This document shows, in pieces, positions 14,463 through 32,576 of a DNA stretch of 64,000 bases (positions are counted from its first letter, which is position 1; every line of letters begins with the position of its first letter). Below the pieces are notes generated by a model. The model worked only from the letters and a program-made list of their open reading frames with translations. It was not told where the DNA came from and searched no databases. The DNA is taken from positions 5,464,152 through 5,528,151 of the forward strand of contig CM119270.1 in the NCBI GenBank assembly GCA_051294375.1, written 5' to 3'. The translations under genes were made by a program, and so were the position numbers. The DNA is from Paraspadella gotoi (lineage: Eukaryota; Animalia; Chaetognatha).

Positions 14463-14723
14463 CCCTTGTCTCTCCAGTCACTTTTCTTTCACTTTCTCTA
14501 GCATATTTCCCATCTCTTCCCTCATTTTTCCCATCTGCTAACCCAATTCCATGCCCATTCTCCCCCCACCCTGCCCATCCTCCTCGCTTTTCACGTGTAC
14601 CTCAATTATCCTTCCCAAATTGCCATCGACATTTTTCTTTTCGACCTACTCCAATCCCTATTAGCATTTGCGGCCCTTCTCTCTCTCTCTCTCTCTCTCT
14701 CCTCTCTTTCTCTCTCTCTCTAT

Positions 14724-14759
<36 letters not shown>

Positions 14760-14873
14760 CTTCTCTCTCTCTTCTCTCTCTCTCTCTCTCTTCTGGTTCA
14801 TGTCCATAATTCGATTTTGATCGGCGAGAATGGATCGACCGAGAACGTGCGGCTAAAGCCACGTGGGTCAAAG

Positions 14874-14959
<86 letters not shown>

Positions 14960-17149
14960 TTTATCTTCGTCGCCGACGTCGTCGTTTTTGTCGTCGCCCT
15001 CGTCGCTGTCGTTATTGGTCAAGGAAATATCTCTCTATTTGATATATTTTTTCAATCCGGAATAGAGTCCTTGGAAAATCATTTAAAGTTATTCATAATT
15101 AAATAAACATTTTTTTTATTTTCTTCTTCGCTGTTTACTTTAGCGATTCTGAATAAAATAGAAACACCACAATTACTAAATCCTATTTGAGTAATGTAGT
15201 GAGTATATTTGTTATTAAAATATTAAATATTTATTAAATATTAAATATTAAATATCCATAAATGGATGTTCGCCAAGAAGAGTTGTGAGGGATTCATTTC
15301 CTCATCTTGGAACTGGATGATGAAATTCTCACGGAGAAATTATGTTGGTTTCCAAAGTTGAAAAACCTGAAGTCGTCATCAATGTCTCATGGAAGAAAAG
15401 TTGAACCCAATCAAAGTCATTGCAGATGGAAGAATGAAAACAGGAGCCAGAAGTTGAATTTTATTGAATATCTGTCGGCAAACAAAACGCATGTTAAATA
15501 AGACAACAAACAAGCTCTGGCAACGGGAAATTAATAAATTAATTTATTTAAAGAAATTAATTAATTTCAATGGCAGAATGTCTATTATGTTTATTTTTTA
15601 AGTTTATTTTATTTGTTTTTTTTTTATATTTCATAAATTAATTTTTTTTGTTATTTTTTATTTTTATATTTCATTTTTAAGTTTATTTTTTAAAAATGTT
15701 TATTTACTATGAGAATGCTAATATTTTAATTTATTCATTCCCCAGTCAAACACCTGCTTCGTCGCCTGTCTCCACCTTCTCTAAACCCCTACTCAAAACC
15801 GGCGCCTTTCCACTACGCCGCCTCCGATCCGGCGTCGCTCTTCGGCGTCATCGTCGGCGTCGACGCTTGGATCGGCGCCGCCAGACGCGACGTCGCCGCC
15901 GCCTATCGTCTCATCGCCGAACTACAGGAGAGTCGGCAACCGACGCTCTATTGTTTTTTGGGCGCAAAAGGCAAGTTTTGTTTTAGTTTGTTCTTGTTTG
16001 TTTTAACTATTAGGAATAGCGAATATTTTTATGTTTTTTAAATCCTGAATTTAACACTATACAATTTCTTAACAAAATTTCTATAGCGTAAGAAAGATGT
16101 ATGAAAAAAAATATGAAAATATTTTTAAGCTTCTTTTCGAAGGCAGAAAATAAATTTTAATATGCTGGGAATTAATCTTTAATTAATTAATTAATTGATT
16201 AATTTTAATATGTTGGAAGATAAGTATCTGATTCGGGTGAGTTAAGTGCCGGTTTAAGTAGGAAGTAGGATCCTAATCACGGGGTAGATTAAACATAGGC
16301 GCCACTTGTAGGTAAGTTCCGACTAGTCTCTTGACAGGTCAAAGAGTTGAGGAAGGATTGTAATACAACTTATCGTCTCAAGCACAACATTTCCGTTCGC
16401 CCTACTGAACTTCTCATGTAGTCGTCAAACCTTAATGAAGTAAATCTAAAAACTTTTGTATTTTAACTTACCTTTCTGTCTCTGTTCTCTCGTCCCTTAC
16501 CTTTTTTCTCAGATCCGGAATTCGATCCTCAGTCGCAGTTGAGTTCGCGACCTTACCCGACGCTTCCTCTGCCTTCGCCGCTTTACTTACCTCCTCTACT
16601 CACGTCAGCCAAAATCAGGTCAGGCGCAAAATTGAGAAAATAATAAAACAGTACATGAAAATAGGTTGATGAATCTAAATATATAAATATTAAGCAAAAA
16701 AAAATACCGTAACTAAATAAAAAAAATTGAATATAGATTACTAAAAATGTTATATATGAATTAAATCGCAGGAATAAAAAGTTAATAAATAAAATAATAT
16801 AAAATTAGAAAAATATAATGTCTATAAAATTATATTTAAACAAAAAAATTAACAAACTTTATTATTTTTCTTTTCCCTTTCAAGACGGAAAAATCTTTCT
16901 CCTAGGATGAAACCCAAATCTTCTTCCTCTCTCATTCCGGCATCGATTCTCCACATCCCGGATTCCTCATCCGGGTCAAAATTATCGGCGTCTTTCGTCA
17001 AAGCGGCGCCCTCGCCCGACGCCGGCGTCAACGGTTTCACGACCCCGGAGAGGACGACGCCCGTTCGCCGCTCGGCGTCGCTGTCTTCGCCGTCGTTATC
17101 GTCGTCGTCGTCGTCATCGTCGTATATGGCGATTGAAAAAAGAAGGTAA
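13279..17149 (+). CDS. Candidate upstream exons of the KASH locus: 13279-13404, 15746-15970 (GC donor), 16513-16618, 16906-17149
   Basis: All four are open and phase-compatible (1-1, 1-1, 1-2, 2-stop) with pyrimidine-rich acceptors; no recognisable domain. Confidence 0.4.
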
Positions 17150-17158
17150 ACCATTGAA

Positions 17159-17244
<86 letters not shown>

Positions 17245-17660
17245 CGACGACAATTATAATGATGATGATAAAGATGATGATGTTCATTCCGATGAAAAGA
17301 AAGATACACGTCTTTAAAGACTCGTTTTTGCAATTTTATTGCTTTCTCAATTTTTACAAAATTTACGTATAACGAAGTAAATTCAGGAGGGAAAATTTCG
17401 TGCTTAACACTGTGTTTGCTCTTTTCACCTTTCTCGTGACATCGTCGTCGTCGTCGTCGTCATTGTCGTCGAAGTCGAGTCTAAAAATAGAGGAAGACGA
17501 AAATACTGAAAGACATCAAATATTTTATTACGTTGCGAAATTGTTTTGAGATACGAAGATACTATTTGGCGGAAAGCTAAAAAAAAAAAAAATATGGAAT
17601 GGTTGACTTTTTCCTTTAAAAAAGTTGCCTTGAGGTGAAGAATTTAAAAAAAGTTTGAGC

Positions 17661-18210
17661 AAACAATGCCGGATCTGTCCACGATCATTAGCGGTAAACT
17701 GCTGATCAAATAATTAATTTTTAATTAATATTACCTTTTTGAGTTGAAGAAATCGTTTTCCAATAAGTCTCGCCTCTCAATCACAAAATTAATTAATGAA
17801 TTGAATAATTACAAAATAATTACAAATTAATTAATTACTAATTTAATAATAAGTATTTAATGAAGCTTCAATTTACATTTAATAAAAAAAATTATAATCA
17901 AATAGTTAAATTTTTTTTTCATTTTAACTTGGACGATTTCATCGAAACTTCATTTCCACCTTCAATCCTACACTTCTTAATTCCACACAAAATTTCAAGT
18001 CAATCACCCAATTCACTCATGGGTAATTGGCGTTCAAAGCTCACGGGAGGAGGACGGACGCCGGACAGACGAATGGACATAAATTATCATAATTGGGATG
18101 TTCTGACCTGATTTAAGTGACTTACCGACAAGATTTGGGGGGCGGACCGACGGACCGACAAAGTGAATTATAGAGCCGGAATCTACCTTAAGCAGATCCG
18201 GATCAAAAAA
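17661..18210 (-). mobile_element. HINE/DINE-1-like Helentron-associated element, family A
   Basis: Minus strand starts TTTTTGATCCGGATCTG..CTCTATAATTCACTTT, has GTCGGTCC repeats, ends CAGATCCGGCATTGTTT; termini shared with 58524-60003. Confidence 0.65.
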
Positions 18211-18323
18211 TGCGTGGGTGTTGATTGTAAAGTCCATGTAGCGTGAAAAAATATATTTTGAATTTGGAAAAAAAGATTTGAAGATATTTTCCATGGCTTT
18301 ACTGAAGTCATAATTATTTTTGT

Positions 18324-18389
<66 letters not shown>

Positions 18390-19018
18390 CAAAAGTTGGC
18401 TGACAACGAGAGAAGATTAAAACAAAAACCCGAGCCGACGTGAGGCGGATGAAATTAAAGGACGAAGAGAATAATTCGAGGGGGAAATAAGGAGCCTCGT
18501 TCTGGAGAAAAACCGGAAGGCGCGAGACTTTGAAAAAATCATGACCATAAAAATCAAGAAATGTGAGGGAGTTATCGGGTTATCGCCCTCGTTCGTTCTT
18601 ACCCTAACTCACCCGACAAAATGGCCAGTCTCTGACCTTTTGCAATCTCTTGTCAATTTTTTTGTCATTCACTGAGGCAATTTATTAAACAAGTTCATCA
18701 TATTTTAAAAATTTCTTTTTTAAATAATATTTAGTTTTCCATCTGTTTCGAAATTGTTTCGAAATTCCTTCAGAAAAAAACACCAAGCATTTAGAATCAG
18801 CAAAATTGAATTTTCTGTTTTTACATTTGATTCCGTTTCAAGTGCTCAACCAGAGAATGATTCGGCATTTTATCAAATCTTTCGAGAAATTTCTTTTTCA
18901 AACTTCCAACTTCAAGCCGAAGATTGAAAGTTTTTAGAAGGGAAGGGCATTCGTAAGCTAGTACGTCTGTACTTTTTTAATGTCTGGTCGTTTTCATCAC
19001 CGATTGAAAAAATAATTC

Positions 19019-19057
<39 letters not shown>

Positions 19058-19061
19058 CTCC

Positions 19062-19142
<81 letters not shown>

Positions 19143-19150
19143 CTCCCCAG

Positions 19151-22100
19151 GATCCAACATCTCTTCCCTCAACGGCCCCGCCGACTGCAACTTCCAGCCT
19201 CATGACTGCACCGAATGCGATCGACCGCGAGAGAACGGCGCCGCTGATCGCATCGAGCGATTTTACGAGTGTCGCGATGACGACGCCGACTGCATAGATG
19301 TGTCGCCGGAGACGAGTGAATGCAATCATCGCGCCTTCGTCAATGGTCGCATCGCCTCGCGCTATCTAGTTAAAAGCCACGACGACGACGACAACGACGA
19401 CTATGACGACGACGTTTTTATTGAATCACTGGAAAAATACGACGACGACGACGACGATGACAGCAGCGACTATTTTCATTGTTTTCACGTCAAATCTGAA
19501 AAGCGCGGGAAAAAAACGACAACGAAAACGACGACGACACAATGGACAAAAAGAAACAAAGACATTAAATCCGATTCCCCGTCCAGCGACGACGACGACG
19601 ACGACGTGACGATGATGACGAAGACGACGACGATAACCTCGCCCCCCATCGCCAACGGACGCCATACGCAACAACTGCAACAACAAAAACAACAACAGCG
19701 ACGCCCTCCTGGAAATGGGCAATTACGAATGGGGACGCCTCGTCAAATTAACGGAGTTGACATTCGAGCCGACCGGTCGAGAGAGAAGGGGAGAGGAGAG
19801 AAGGGGGAGGAGGAGGAGGAGGAGGAGGAGCAGGAGGAAAGGACAGGATTGGAGAACGAAATCGTGGTCAACGGAATTCCGCCTCGAAGCGAATCAAAGT
19901 TGGAAAGAAGTCAAGAAAAAGAGGGAAAAAAATCGATATCGACAGACGACGAAAACGACGACAATGACGACGACGAAAACAACGACGACGACGACGAAAA
20001 CAACGACGACGCCCGGCCGGAAGCGACAATCAAAACCGAAGCCGCGGAAACTCGTTTTTCCCTCGAAAGAATCGAAGGAGCTTCGCCGCTAAATTCCTCG
20101 GTGGCCGGCGCCGGCGCCGATGATGACGTCAACGACGCCGGCCGCGACGCCGGTGACGATGACGACGGCGACGACGATGCCGAAGACGAAAACGAAAGCG
20201 ACGACGACGATGACAACGTCGCCGACAACGTTGATCTCTCCAAGCTCGTGTTCAAAGACGTCGAAGCCGACGAGGATTCGGACTGCGAAAATTGCGAGGA
20301 GTGCGACATCTTCGAATGCCTCGTCAACTCATCCGCTCAACTGAGTCTCGCCGTCGAGACTTTGCTCGAGGACTTCGCTCCGGGAGTGGAGGCGTCGGAG
20401 GAGCGAGTGGACGAGCCGGTTGGGGACGGCGGGATGAGGTGAGGAGATTGGGCGAGGCTTGGCGAGTTGATGCTTGGTGAGGGGGTTCGTGGCGAGTGAG
20501 TGGTTAATAATTGTTAGCAAGTTACCTATTTAGAATATATATAGATACACCATTGCTCATTGTTGCCATGATTCTTGAACCAGACCGACTCCTGTCCCCA
20601 GTGACATCCGCGAACGAATAACTCACCTTCGCCAAATCGGAGAAACAAATTACAAATGCCTCCAGGTAAGTAAGGATTTTGTTTCGGGTAGGGAAGGAAA
20701 CTTACGACTTAATTTTTGGTCAGCAGTAATACAGCAGTAATCTTGTTAAAGCAAACACCATACTGCCAGTATGGTGTTTGCTTTAACAGGAAGCAAGGGG
20801 ATTAATGAGCGGTTGAGATTGAACTTTTACCGTTGCGATCTTAAGAACTATTTTTGCAACAGATGTTGTTTGGTACAGCCATAACTTTGCCGACACTATA
20901 CTAGAACAGACTCGTCAAAAAAAAACAAAAAAAAAAAAAAACCAAAAATAAACACAGAACCGTAAATGTCTACATTGACGATTAAGAACTTTCAAAACCA
21001 TTTACTCGTATCGTCTTTCATTGATTGCCGCAGGTCATCATCGACTATCCTCACAATAAAAAGTTCGGCGCTGTAGAAGCAGTCGACGACGACGACAACG
21101 ACGACAACGAGGACATCCTCCATCAACTTCGTCTCTTGAAGGACCGTTGGGTGGCCTTCACCTTCGTCGCCGATTGTCGCCTCCGTCTCGAGGAGGCGAC
21201 GAGGTCGGCGAGAGAATCTCTGAAGGCCGTCGACGACGATGTTGAGGATTCCGGCGCCGGGAATGACTCAGACGGCGCCGCAAACCCTTCCTCCGGCGCC
21301 GCGGCCAACCCCGATCTCTTTCGGTCGCTCAAAGAAATTCGGCTCCGCGTGATTCGCCTCCGAGGCGACGCCGGCCGCCTGCTGGAGACCGCCTCCGTCT
21401 TCGAGTCGAGACTGGAGCAGTTTGCGTCGGCGGAAGAGGATCTGCGTCGGCAAATGGACGTTCGCCGGATTCGTCGCCGGAGCGGGAGTGGAGAAGAGGA
21501 GCGGCAGGTGGAAGGGGGGAGTGTTTGTTATTGTTCTTTGTTTTGGTTGTCGTTGTTGTCGTTGTCTTGGTTATGTTAATTGAAAAAGTACAACGCAGGC
21601 TTAGCGTGAGCCATTTCTTAATTTCTTGCTGTTAAAATTCTAATTTTATACATAACAACCCCTTACAGTTTCGACGCCGTCGGTCCAGCTCATCTAGTTG
21701 GCCATGCGAAGATCTGCGTCGGCGACTCGCGTCGGCGAGCGTCGGCATCGATGCGGCCGCGGATCGACTCGCCGAAGCCGCGGATTCTTTGGAGGAGTTC
21801 GACGAGAGAGAGAGACAGAGTCGGAAGGCGATGAAGAGAGTTTGGAGGAGATTGGAGGAGGAAGAGGAAGCGGAAGAGGCCGAGGAGGCGATGGAGGAGG
21901 AAGAAGAAGAAGAGGACGAGAGCTTGGAGGATAGCGTCAATGCATCGAACGTTTTACAACACGTGCAGCCTCACAATTGCCTCGACATAATAGAGAGGAG
22001 AATAAAGAAAGCTTGTAAAGAATCGCGACGCAAGCGTCGTTTGGAGAGTCCCTTACATCGGCGCCTTCGTCATCTGCGTTTCGATGCTAAATTCGTCGAC

Positions 22101-23876
22101 GATGAGAGTCGCTTCCTTCGATTTCTCTTCGATGATTTCGAGGATAAATTAACGATGGAAGAGAGGGAGAAGAGAAGGGCCAAGTTGGAGGACTTGGAGG
22201 AAGAAGGGAGGAAGTTGGACGAAGCGGTGGAGAAGGTGGAGAAGGGGGAGAGGGTGTTCGAGGAGGAAGAGATGAAGAAGAGAAGGGGGAGGAGGAAGAG
22301 GTGGGAAGCGACGAGGGCCGAGGAGCAACCGGGTCGACTGAGATGGGTGAAAGGAAAGGGAAAGAAGGGGGAAGTCCTGGTGGCCGGAATCAGGGTGGAC
22401 AAGGAGTGGGAAGAGAGCGAAAAGGCTTGGTTGAGGGAGAGAGAGAGGAAGTGGGAGAGGAGGGAGGAAAGGAAGATGACGAGGACGAGGAGGAAGAGAG
22501 ATACGGAGGAGGAGAAGAGAGAGAGGAGGAGGATGAGGCGTTGGCTGCGACGGGAGGAAGGATTGGACGATGGAGAAGTCGGAGAGGATGAAGAAGAAGA
22601 AGAAGATGAAATAGCCACCTTCGACGAGCTACTCGACGTCGAGGACGACGACGATGACGACGAGGAAGACTATGACCAAATCGACCACTTCTACAGCGAC
22701 GAAGACGACGCGATGGAACTCTACGAAAGACGACGTCTGCCTCGTTATATCCGGCGCTACTTGACGAGAAAACCGGCGACCCGGCATTTTTTGGCCCAGC
22801 GCCGCTTGAACGAGTTGAAGGAATTGGGTCGGAACACGCGGCGACGGGATAAGAAAATTACAGAGCCCGGATGTGGAGATGTGAGGACGGGATACGGAGA
22901 CCCGGATGAAGATTCTGGTGTTGTGTTTAGTGAGGACGTGAGATCTCACAGTCGAATCGGTGGTTCGCTTCATCGAACCAGCGTCACCGACCAAGATGTC
23001 GCTTCTTGTGTTCAGAGAGTTGAGCCAACGCAATTAACTCTTTCATCAAGGATTCATGAAGACGAATTCGACAGTCGCGGCACACCTTCCAAGGACACCA
23101 TCGCTACAAACCCGGATCATTTCACGGAATCTGAAGTTCGACGAGCTCAATCTCAAAACTCCGCGGCTTCTTTGGACAAAGACTGTTCGTCTCGCGAGGG
23201 TGACGTCTTATCCCTCGAGTTACCTTCCCCAGTCCATTCCCAAAAATATTCAAGTCTCAGCCCTGCATCTCAACGTCTGGGATCCGCAAGCAAAAGTCTT
23301 AGCCCAGCATCTCAGAGTCTCGGGTATGCCAGCAAAAGTCTTAGCCCCGCCTCTTCTGATTCCCCTCTCTCCGCGCCGTCCAGTCCGGAATCTCAAAACT
23401 CTGCAAATCGAGAGAGTTTGATCTCGTCAAAGAATCCTGGCGCCGCTGATCGAGAAGAGCTTCTTCTTCACGGCACGGAAGTTCAACATCGCAGCGCCGG
23501 CTTCTGCGATCTCGACACCGCAATTCAACCTTGCATCGCCACCTCTCTCGATCTCGGTCCCGTCAGTCGACGGCGACTTGGATTTCACAATGGAGATAAC
23601 GGCGCCGATAAGAAAGACGTCGAAACATTCGTCACGGCGTCTTCCTTCAGGCGTCGCCTCTTCAATTTATTGAGCGCCGTTCTCATCTTCGTCCTCTTCT
23701 TCGTCGTCGTCGTCGTCGCGTTTCCGGCGTTCTGCGTTCCAGCGTGGTCGAGAGAGCCGGCGTTGCCGGCGTCGCCGGCCGCGTCGGCAGCGGCGTCGGC
23801 GGCGGCGTCGGCGAATTCATTCAAGTGGTCCCTTCAACCTCAATTGCTTTATTGCAACGGGTCTCCTCCTTCGTAA
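19151..23876 (+). CDS. KASH-domain nuclear-envelope protein (nesprin/klarsicht-like), 3' exons 19151-20438, 20584-20665, 21034-21507, 21669-23876
   Basis: Phase-consistent GT-AG exons; acidic and coiled-coil body; single TM (LLSAVLIFVLFFVVVVVAF); C-terminus ANSFKWSLQPQLLYCNGSPPS* aligns with nesprin KASH peptides (ANNFARSFYPMLRYTNGPPPT) at N-19, F-17, S-14, P-11, L-9, Y-7, N-5 and G-4. Start codon not located. Confidence 0.88.
20744..20788. repeat. Perfect palindrome (22-bp arms, 1-nt spacer); possible collapsed TTAA-target (Kolobok-like) element
   Basis: TTAA|AGCAAACACCATACTG c CAGTATGGTGTTTGCT|TTAA in a KASH-gene intron. Confidence 0.7.
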
Positions 23877-24321
23877 AAGGAGGGAAAAAATAGGAAAATA
23901 GGAAAAGAGGAAAGGAAAAAAATTCGTAGGAAAACAAACAATGAAAGATGAAAAAATGAGGAGGAGAAAGAGGAGGAGGAGGAAGAGGAGGAGGTGGGGA
24001 AACGAATGCAAGCAATAGGCCTATAGAGAGAAAATGGCCACTGACAGACAAATCACTACGAGAGGGAAAAAAAGGAAACGTTTCTATTTTAAAAAAACTG
24101 AATGGAAGGCCAAATATATATATTATATTCTTCTTAGACTTAGTTGATTTCTTGCCAAGTTAAACTATTTTAAAGATCATATATATATGATTTGATATGA
24201 TATGATATATATATATATATGATATAATATATATATTGTTTCCCCTTTTTAATTGTAGATTTTTCTTGTAGAAATTATCCTAAAGAAATAGGTCAATATA
24301 TATTTAGGATTTACTTTTCAG

Positions 24322-27817
<3,496 letters not shown>

Positions 27818-28399
27818 GTGTGGAGCGATTTGTCAAGAGTGTGTGTGTGTGTGTGTGAGGGTGTGTGTGGGAGAGTGTGTGTGTGAGAGTGTGTGTGAGT
27901 GGTTGTCGTTGTCGTCGTCGTCGTCGTCCTCGTTGTTGTCTACGGCGGTAATTTGGTATATATTGCTGATGGTCGATGACGATTCAATTGTATTCGTTTG
28001 CGTTTAGGTTATAGCGATTGAGTCTGTGATTAGTTTCGTTTCATTACCGATTGAGAGTCAAAATGACTGGAGAGAAAATAATTGACTTCCGAAATTTTTT
28101 TTTCAGCGAAAAAAAAAATTAAAAAATTGAAATTTTTTTTAAATTTTCGTGACAGAATGACACAATGACTTTTAGAAGAAAAAAAATCATGTTTTATTTC
28201 ATTTTTACGGATGTATTTTCTTCAATGATTAATAATCAAAACCGTGATTTTTATCTTTATCTTTGAAAGAAATCAAAATTCTTTGTCGTTTTGATGCCCG
28301 TTTTCGTCGTCTTGAATTCCTTTCGGATTTTACAAATTTTGTTTTAAAAATTTGAAATTTAATCCGAAATTGATTTTTTTTTAAAAGAAATAGAAATAG

Positions 28400-28497
<98 letters not shown>

Positions 28498-28730
28498 GAA
28501 GAGACAGAGAGAACCCGAATTCGAGGCAGGGAGAATATCAAGGAGAGAGAGTGAAAGGAAGGCGATAGAAATAGATTGAGTATGAGACGAAGAAAGACAG
28601 AGAGCGCGACGAAAAAACGTTGGAGAGCGAGACGCAGCTGAGAAAGGCGATTGATAAAGAAATATTAGAGTCGACCAAAAATGAATGAAAGAGAATTTAA
28701 ATGGAATCTAAAGAGAATATTTAAAGAGAA

Positions 28731-28773
<43 letters not shown>

Positions 28774-30573
28774 CTTTGACGTTAAATCCTCCATGTTTAA
28801 ATTTATCATTTTCTGGCTCAGTTGTCCGTACAACTCCATGTTTATCACGGAATTTTACGTCTTCATCGTAAATTGAACAAAGTCAATACGAGATTACTGC
28901 GAATTGAAGGTAACTGAATTGGTTGGACGGTAAATTGCAACTTGCAACCTGAAGGACTGTACAAGCAGAAAAAAGTTAAAATGGTAAGAAAACTTTAAAA
29001 AAATCAGAAACCAACGAAGCGATCGCCAGAAGCAATAATGTTTCGTTCTTTCTTCAGTATTTGACAAAAATTTCAATTAAATTCTTACCATTTTCACTTT
29101 GTTTTGCTTTTTTAATGAGAAAAATAATTCCGAGTTAAATATAATCTAGGAACTAATGAACGAACGGCACCCATAACGGTTTTTTTTGCCTGAGTAATAT
29201 CCACGACTAAGTTTCACGATAACGACTACGAAGTTGAGGCAACAATTTAAAATTATATACGATTTCAAACGCGAAGAATTGACGAAAACAATTAACGCAA
29301 AAGTTTATTTTTGGTTTTATTAGCGTAATTTGTGACACAATTTGTGACACAATCAGCGTCATTTAATTCGAGATATAAGTTGGTGGTTGGCGCAGTTGAT
29401 TGGCGCAAGCTTGAGCGTTGAATGTGTCACAGATGATTGGCGGAAATTAAATGTTATGCGGGTGATTATCACTCGAGAGTGATTGATGTTTGATGTGACT
29501 CAAAGGATTGATAATTAACATCAAATGTAATGCGGATGATAAATGCTAACAGAAAATTGATATTAATTGGTGTTAAAGAGTGAACGAAGTTAAGTATGAT
29601 GCAGATGATTGGCGCTGAAGAGCGAGTGACGTTGAATATGACGCAGATGATTAACGTTAAAGAGCAATTGACGCTATTTTTGACGCTGATTTGTCGAGAT
29701 CCAACGTCGTTGCTGACGTTTGTGTCGGAATTCAGGAGAAAATGAAAAGTGGCGCGAGAAAAACCGTCGAGGCGCGCGCAGCGCGGAGAGAGAGAGAGAA
29801 GAAGGAGAGAGAGAGAGGAGAGAAGAGAGAAGATAGAGAGCCGAAGAAGAAATCGAGAGATGAGCAGAGAAAGAGAAAGAGGAAGTCATCGTCACGCACA
29901 TAGCAGTAGGGTGATGTGAAAATAATTACATTTTATAAAATTAAAATTTGGCATATTGAACATGAAAATAAAAAGCAAAAATAATATTTTGGTAAATTTA
30001 TTAGTGGGCACCAGTTAGCTATATTTATATATAGTAATAAGTATATAATAAGCTAAAATTTTGAAATACAAATTTTCAAATTTTAAGATCGGATTTAAAT
30101 TCTTTGCAAAAAGTTGTTATAAAAAAGTATAATTCTTTTTTAAAAAAAGATTTTATTAATTTAATAATAAATAAAACAAATTTTCAATTTTCAGCTTAAA
30201 AATATAGTTTTTTTTTAATTATTTGCTCCTATTAATAACATATTTTTAAAAATGATTTTTTATTTTTTTTTATCGAACTTTTTACAAGGAATCTGAAAAT
30301 GTCTAAGAATTAAATTTTTTCGGGAAATTGTATATATATATATATATACATATACATATAAAATTAAACTGACTGGGCTATAATAGACATCAAAAAATAA
30401 AAATAACTACAGATTATTTTCACTGCTCAATTTTTTTCCAAACTTTCCCTTCACCCTACTTCGCAGTCATTGAGAAATAGAAACAGGGAGCGAACGCGAC
30501 GAAGAAGAAAAGAGAGAGAGAGAGAGAGAGAGAAGAGAGAGATAGAGAGATGAGAGAGAGAGATGACAAGAAA

Positions 30574-30614
<41 letters not shown>

Positions 30615-30751
30615 CCTGCCATTTGGCAACAGGTAATAGCGATAAAAGAAGGATAAAAACCGACAATCTGACGGGAGTTTTAAACAAGAAAAAAACGCAA
30701 AGCAAAAGAGATTAAACGCGCCAAAGGAGAGAGAGGGAGAGAGAGAGGAGC

Positions 30752-30786
<35 letters not shown>

Positions 30787-30913
30787 AAGAGAAGAGATAG
30801 AGAGAGAGAGAGAGACCTCTGGGGAGCAGTGATCTCGAAATGATTTGTTTGTTGGAAATGATCCATCTGCCGAGAGTCAAAACACTATTCGTCACTTGTC
30901 TTTGTCAAAAAAA

Positions 30914-30949
<36 letters not shown>

Positions 30950-32576
30950 CTCTCTCCTGTCTCTCTCAGTTCGGCGAAAAGAAAAAGTGGAATACGAGTC
31001 ATGACAATATGAGTCCCCTGCTCTAAAGGTAAATAATCTCAGGTGTAACAATTTTTTGAAATATTCTCTTTTTTATTTTTACATCAAAAATAAACAGCAA
31101 TAAACATAATATAGAATACTATACTATGCAATTAAATCTTCAACCCTACACGCAATGTAGTGACCCAAAATCATTTGAGAGTCGCCACAAGCAAATTCAC
31201 TTTAAAAGTTATGTATAACAAATTATAAAACAAAATTGCAATCATATTTTGTGTATTTTGAATGGCCGTGGAAACGGTGATCGGTGTATCGCGTGAATCG
31301 GCTGATCGGTGTTTGGCTCAACGTAAAATCGTCTCGTTTTTGTTAATCATTTTTTGTCGTCGTCTTTTCGTCGTCTTCGTCGTCGTCTCGTCGTCGTCTT
31401 CGTGCCTTGTCGTCGTCGTCCTTGTCGACGCCATCGTCGCCTGCATCATTCCAAATCTTCCAGCGTCCTCTAGCAGGACGCGATGACAGGCGCGCGCTGG
31501 AAAAGAGGTTTTGGGTAGAAGGGGCGGGCGGCGGGGCGGGGAGAATCTAGAAGGTGAGGCGAAGGAGATGGCGGGGTAGAGGGTGTAGAGGGGGTAGAGG
31601 GAGGCGTGGTTGGAAGTTAATTTTGCGCAGGAAAGATCGATTACAATTACGAAAGAAGAAAAAAAGTTAGACTTTCATAAATTTTGATGTTGAAAAAGTG
31701 TAAATTTATGACCCTTTAAATTGAGCCGTTGACGAATGAAAAAAAGAAGTAGAAGAAAAGAAATGGAGGGAAAAAAAATAATAAGAGAGAAGCCATAGGA
31801 TATTTCGTTCTTAGCGTTCAGATTAGTAAATATTTTAAGGAATCTTTTTTACTCTACGAAATCTCGACTCGTAAACTTTTTCGGCTTTGTTTCTCAAAGC
31901 AAACCAATGGAGCGGATAGAAGATATCGCCAGTGTAATGCTAAAAAAAAAATGTACATGTTTATATAATGTATATGATGTAGAATCGTAGATGTTTGCAA
32001 ACGTTGCCAAAGCAGTTTCGGCGACTACTTGCAATCTAAACACGAAACCAAACCGATGTTACTTTATGTTATGTTATGTTATGTGCCGAGGATACTAATC
32101 AACTATACCGATACGCCCAAAATCATATCGTGACTTTTTAGTCACCACCAATCCGTGGATGCAAAAGACGTGACCTTTCCCGCCCGCTAGTCAGTACATT
32201 TCCCTTCATATAAAGACCGACGCTCATTATCAATTCATTACGTCATTATTCATGAATATTGGACGAACTCGCGATATACGTGATTGATAATTTAGCGTCG
32301 TCTTTTTAAAGAGACGCATTTTTTTTTTNNNNNNNNNNNNNNNNNNNNNNNNNNNNNNNNNNNNNNNNNNNNNNNNNNNNNNNNNNNNNNNNNNNNNNNN
32401 NNNNNNNNNNNNNNNNNNNNNNNNNNNNNNNNNNNNNNNNNNNNNNNNNNNNNNNNNNNNNNNNNNNNNNNNNNNNNNNNNNNNNNNNNNNNNNNNNNNN
32501 NNNNNNNNNNNNNNNNNNNNNNNNNNNNNNNNNNNNNNNNNNNNNNNNNNNNNNNNNNNNNNNNNNNNNNNNNNNN

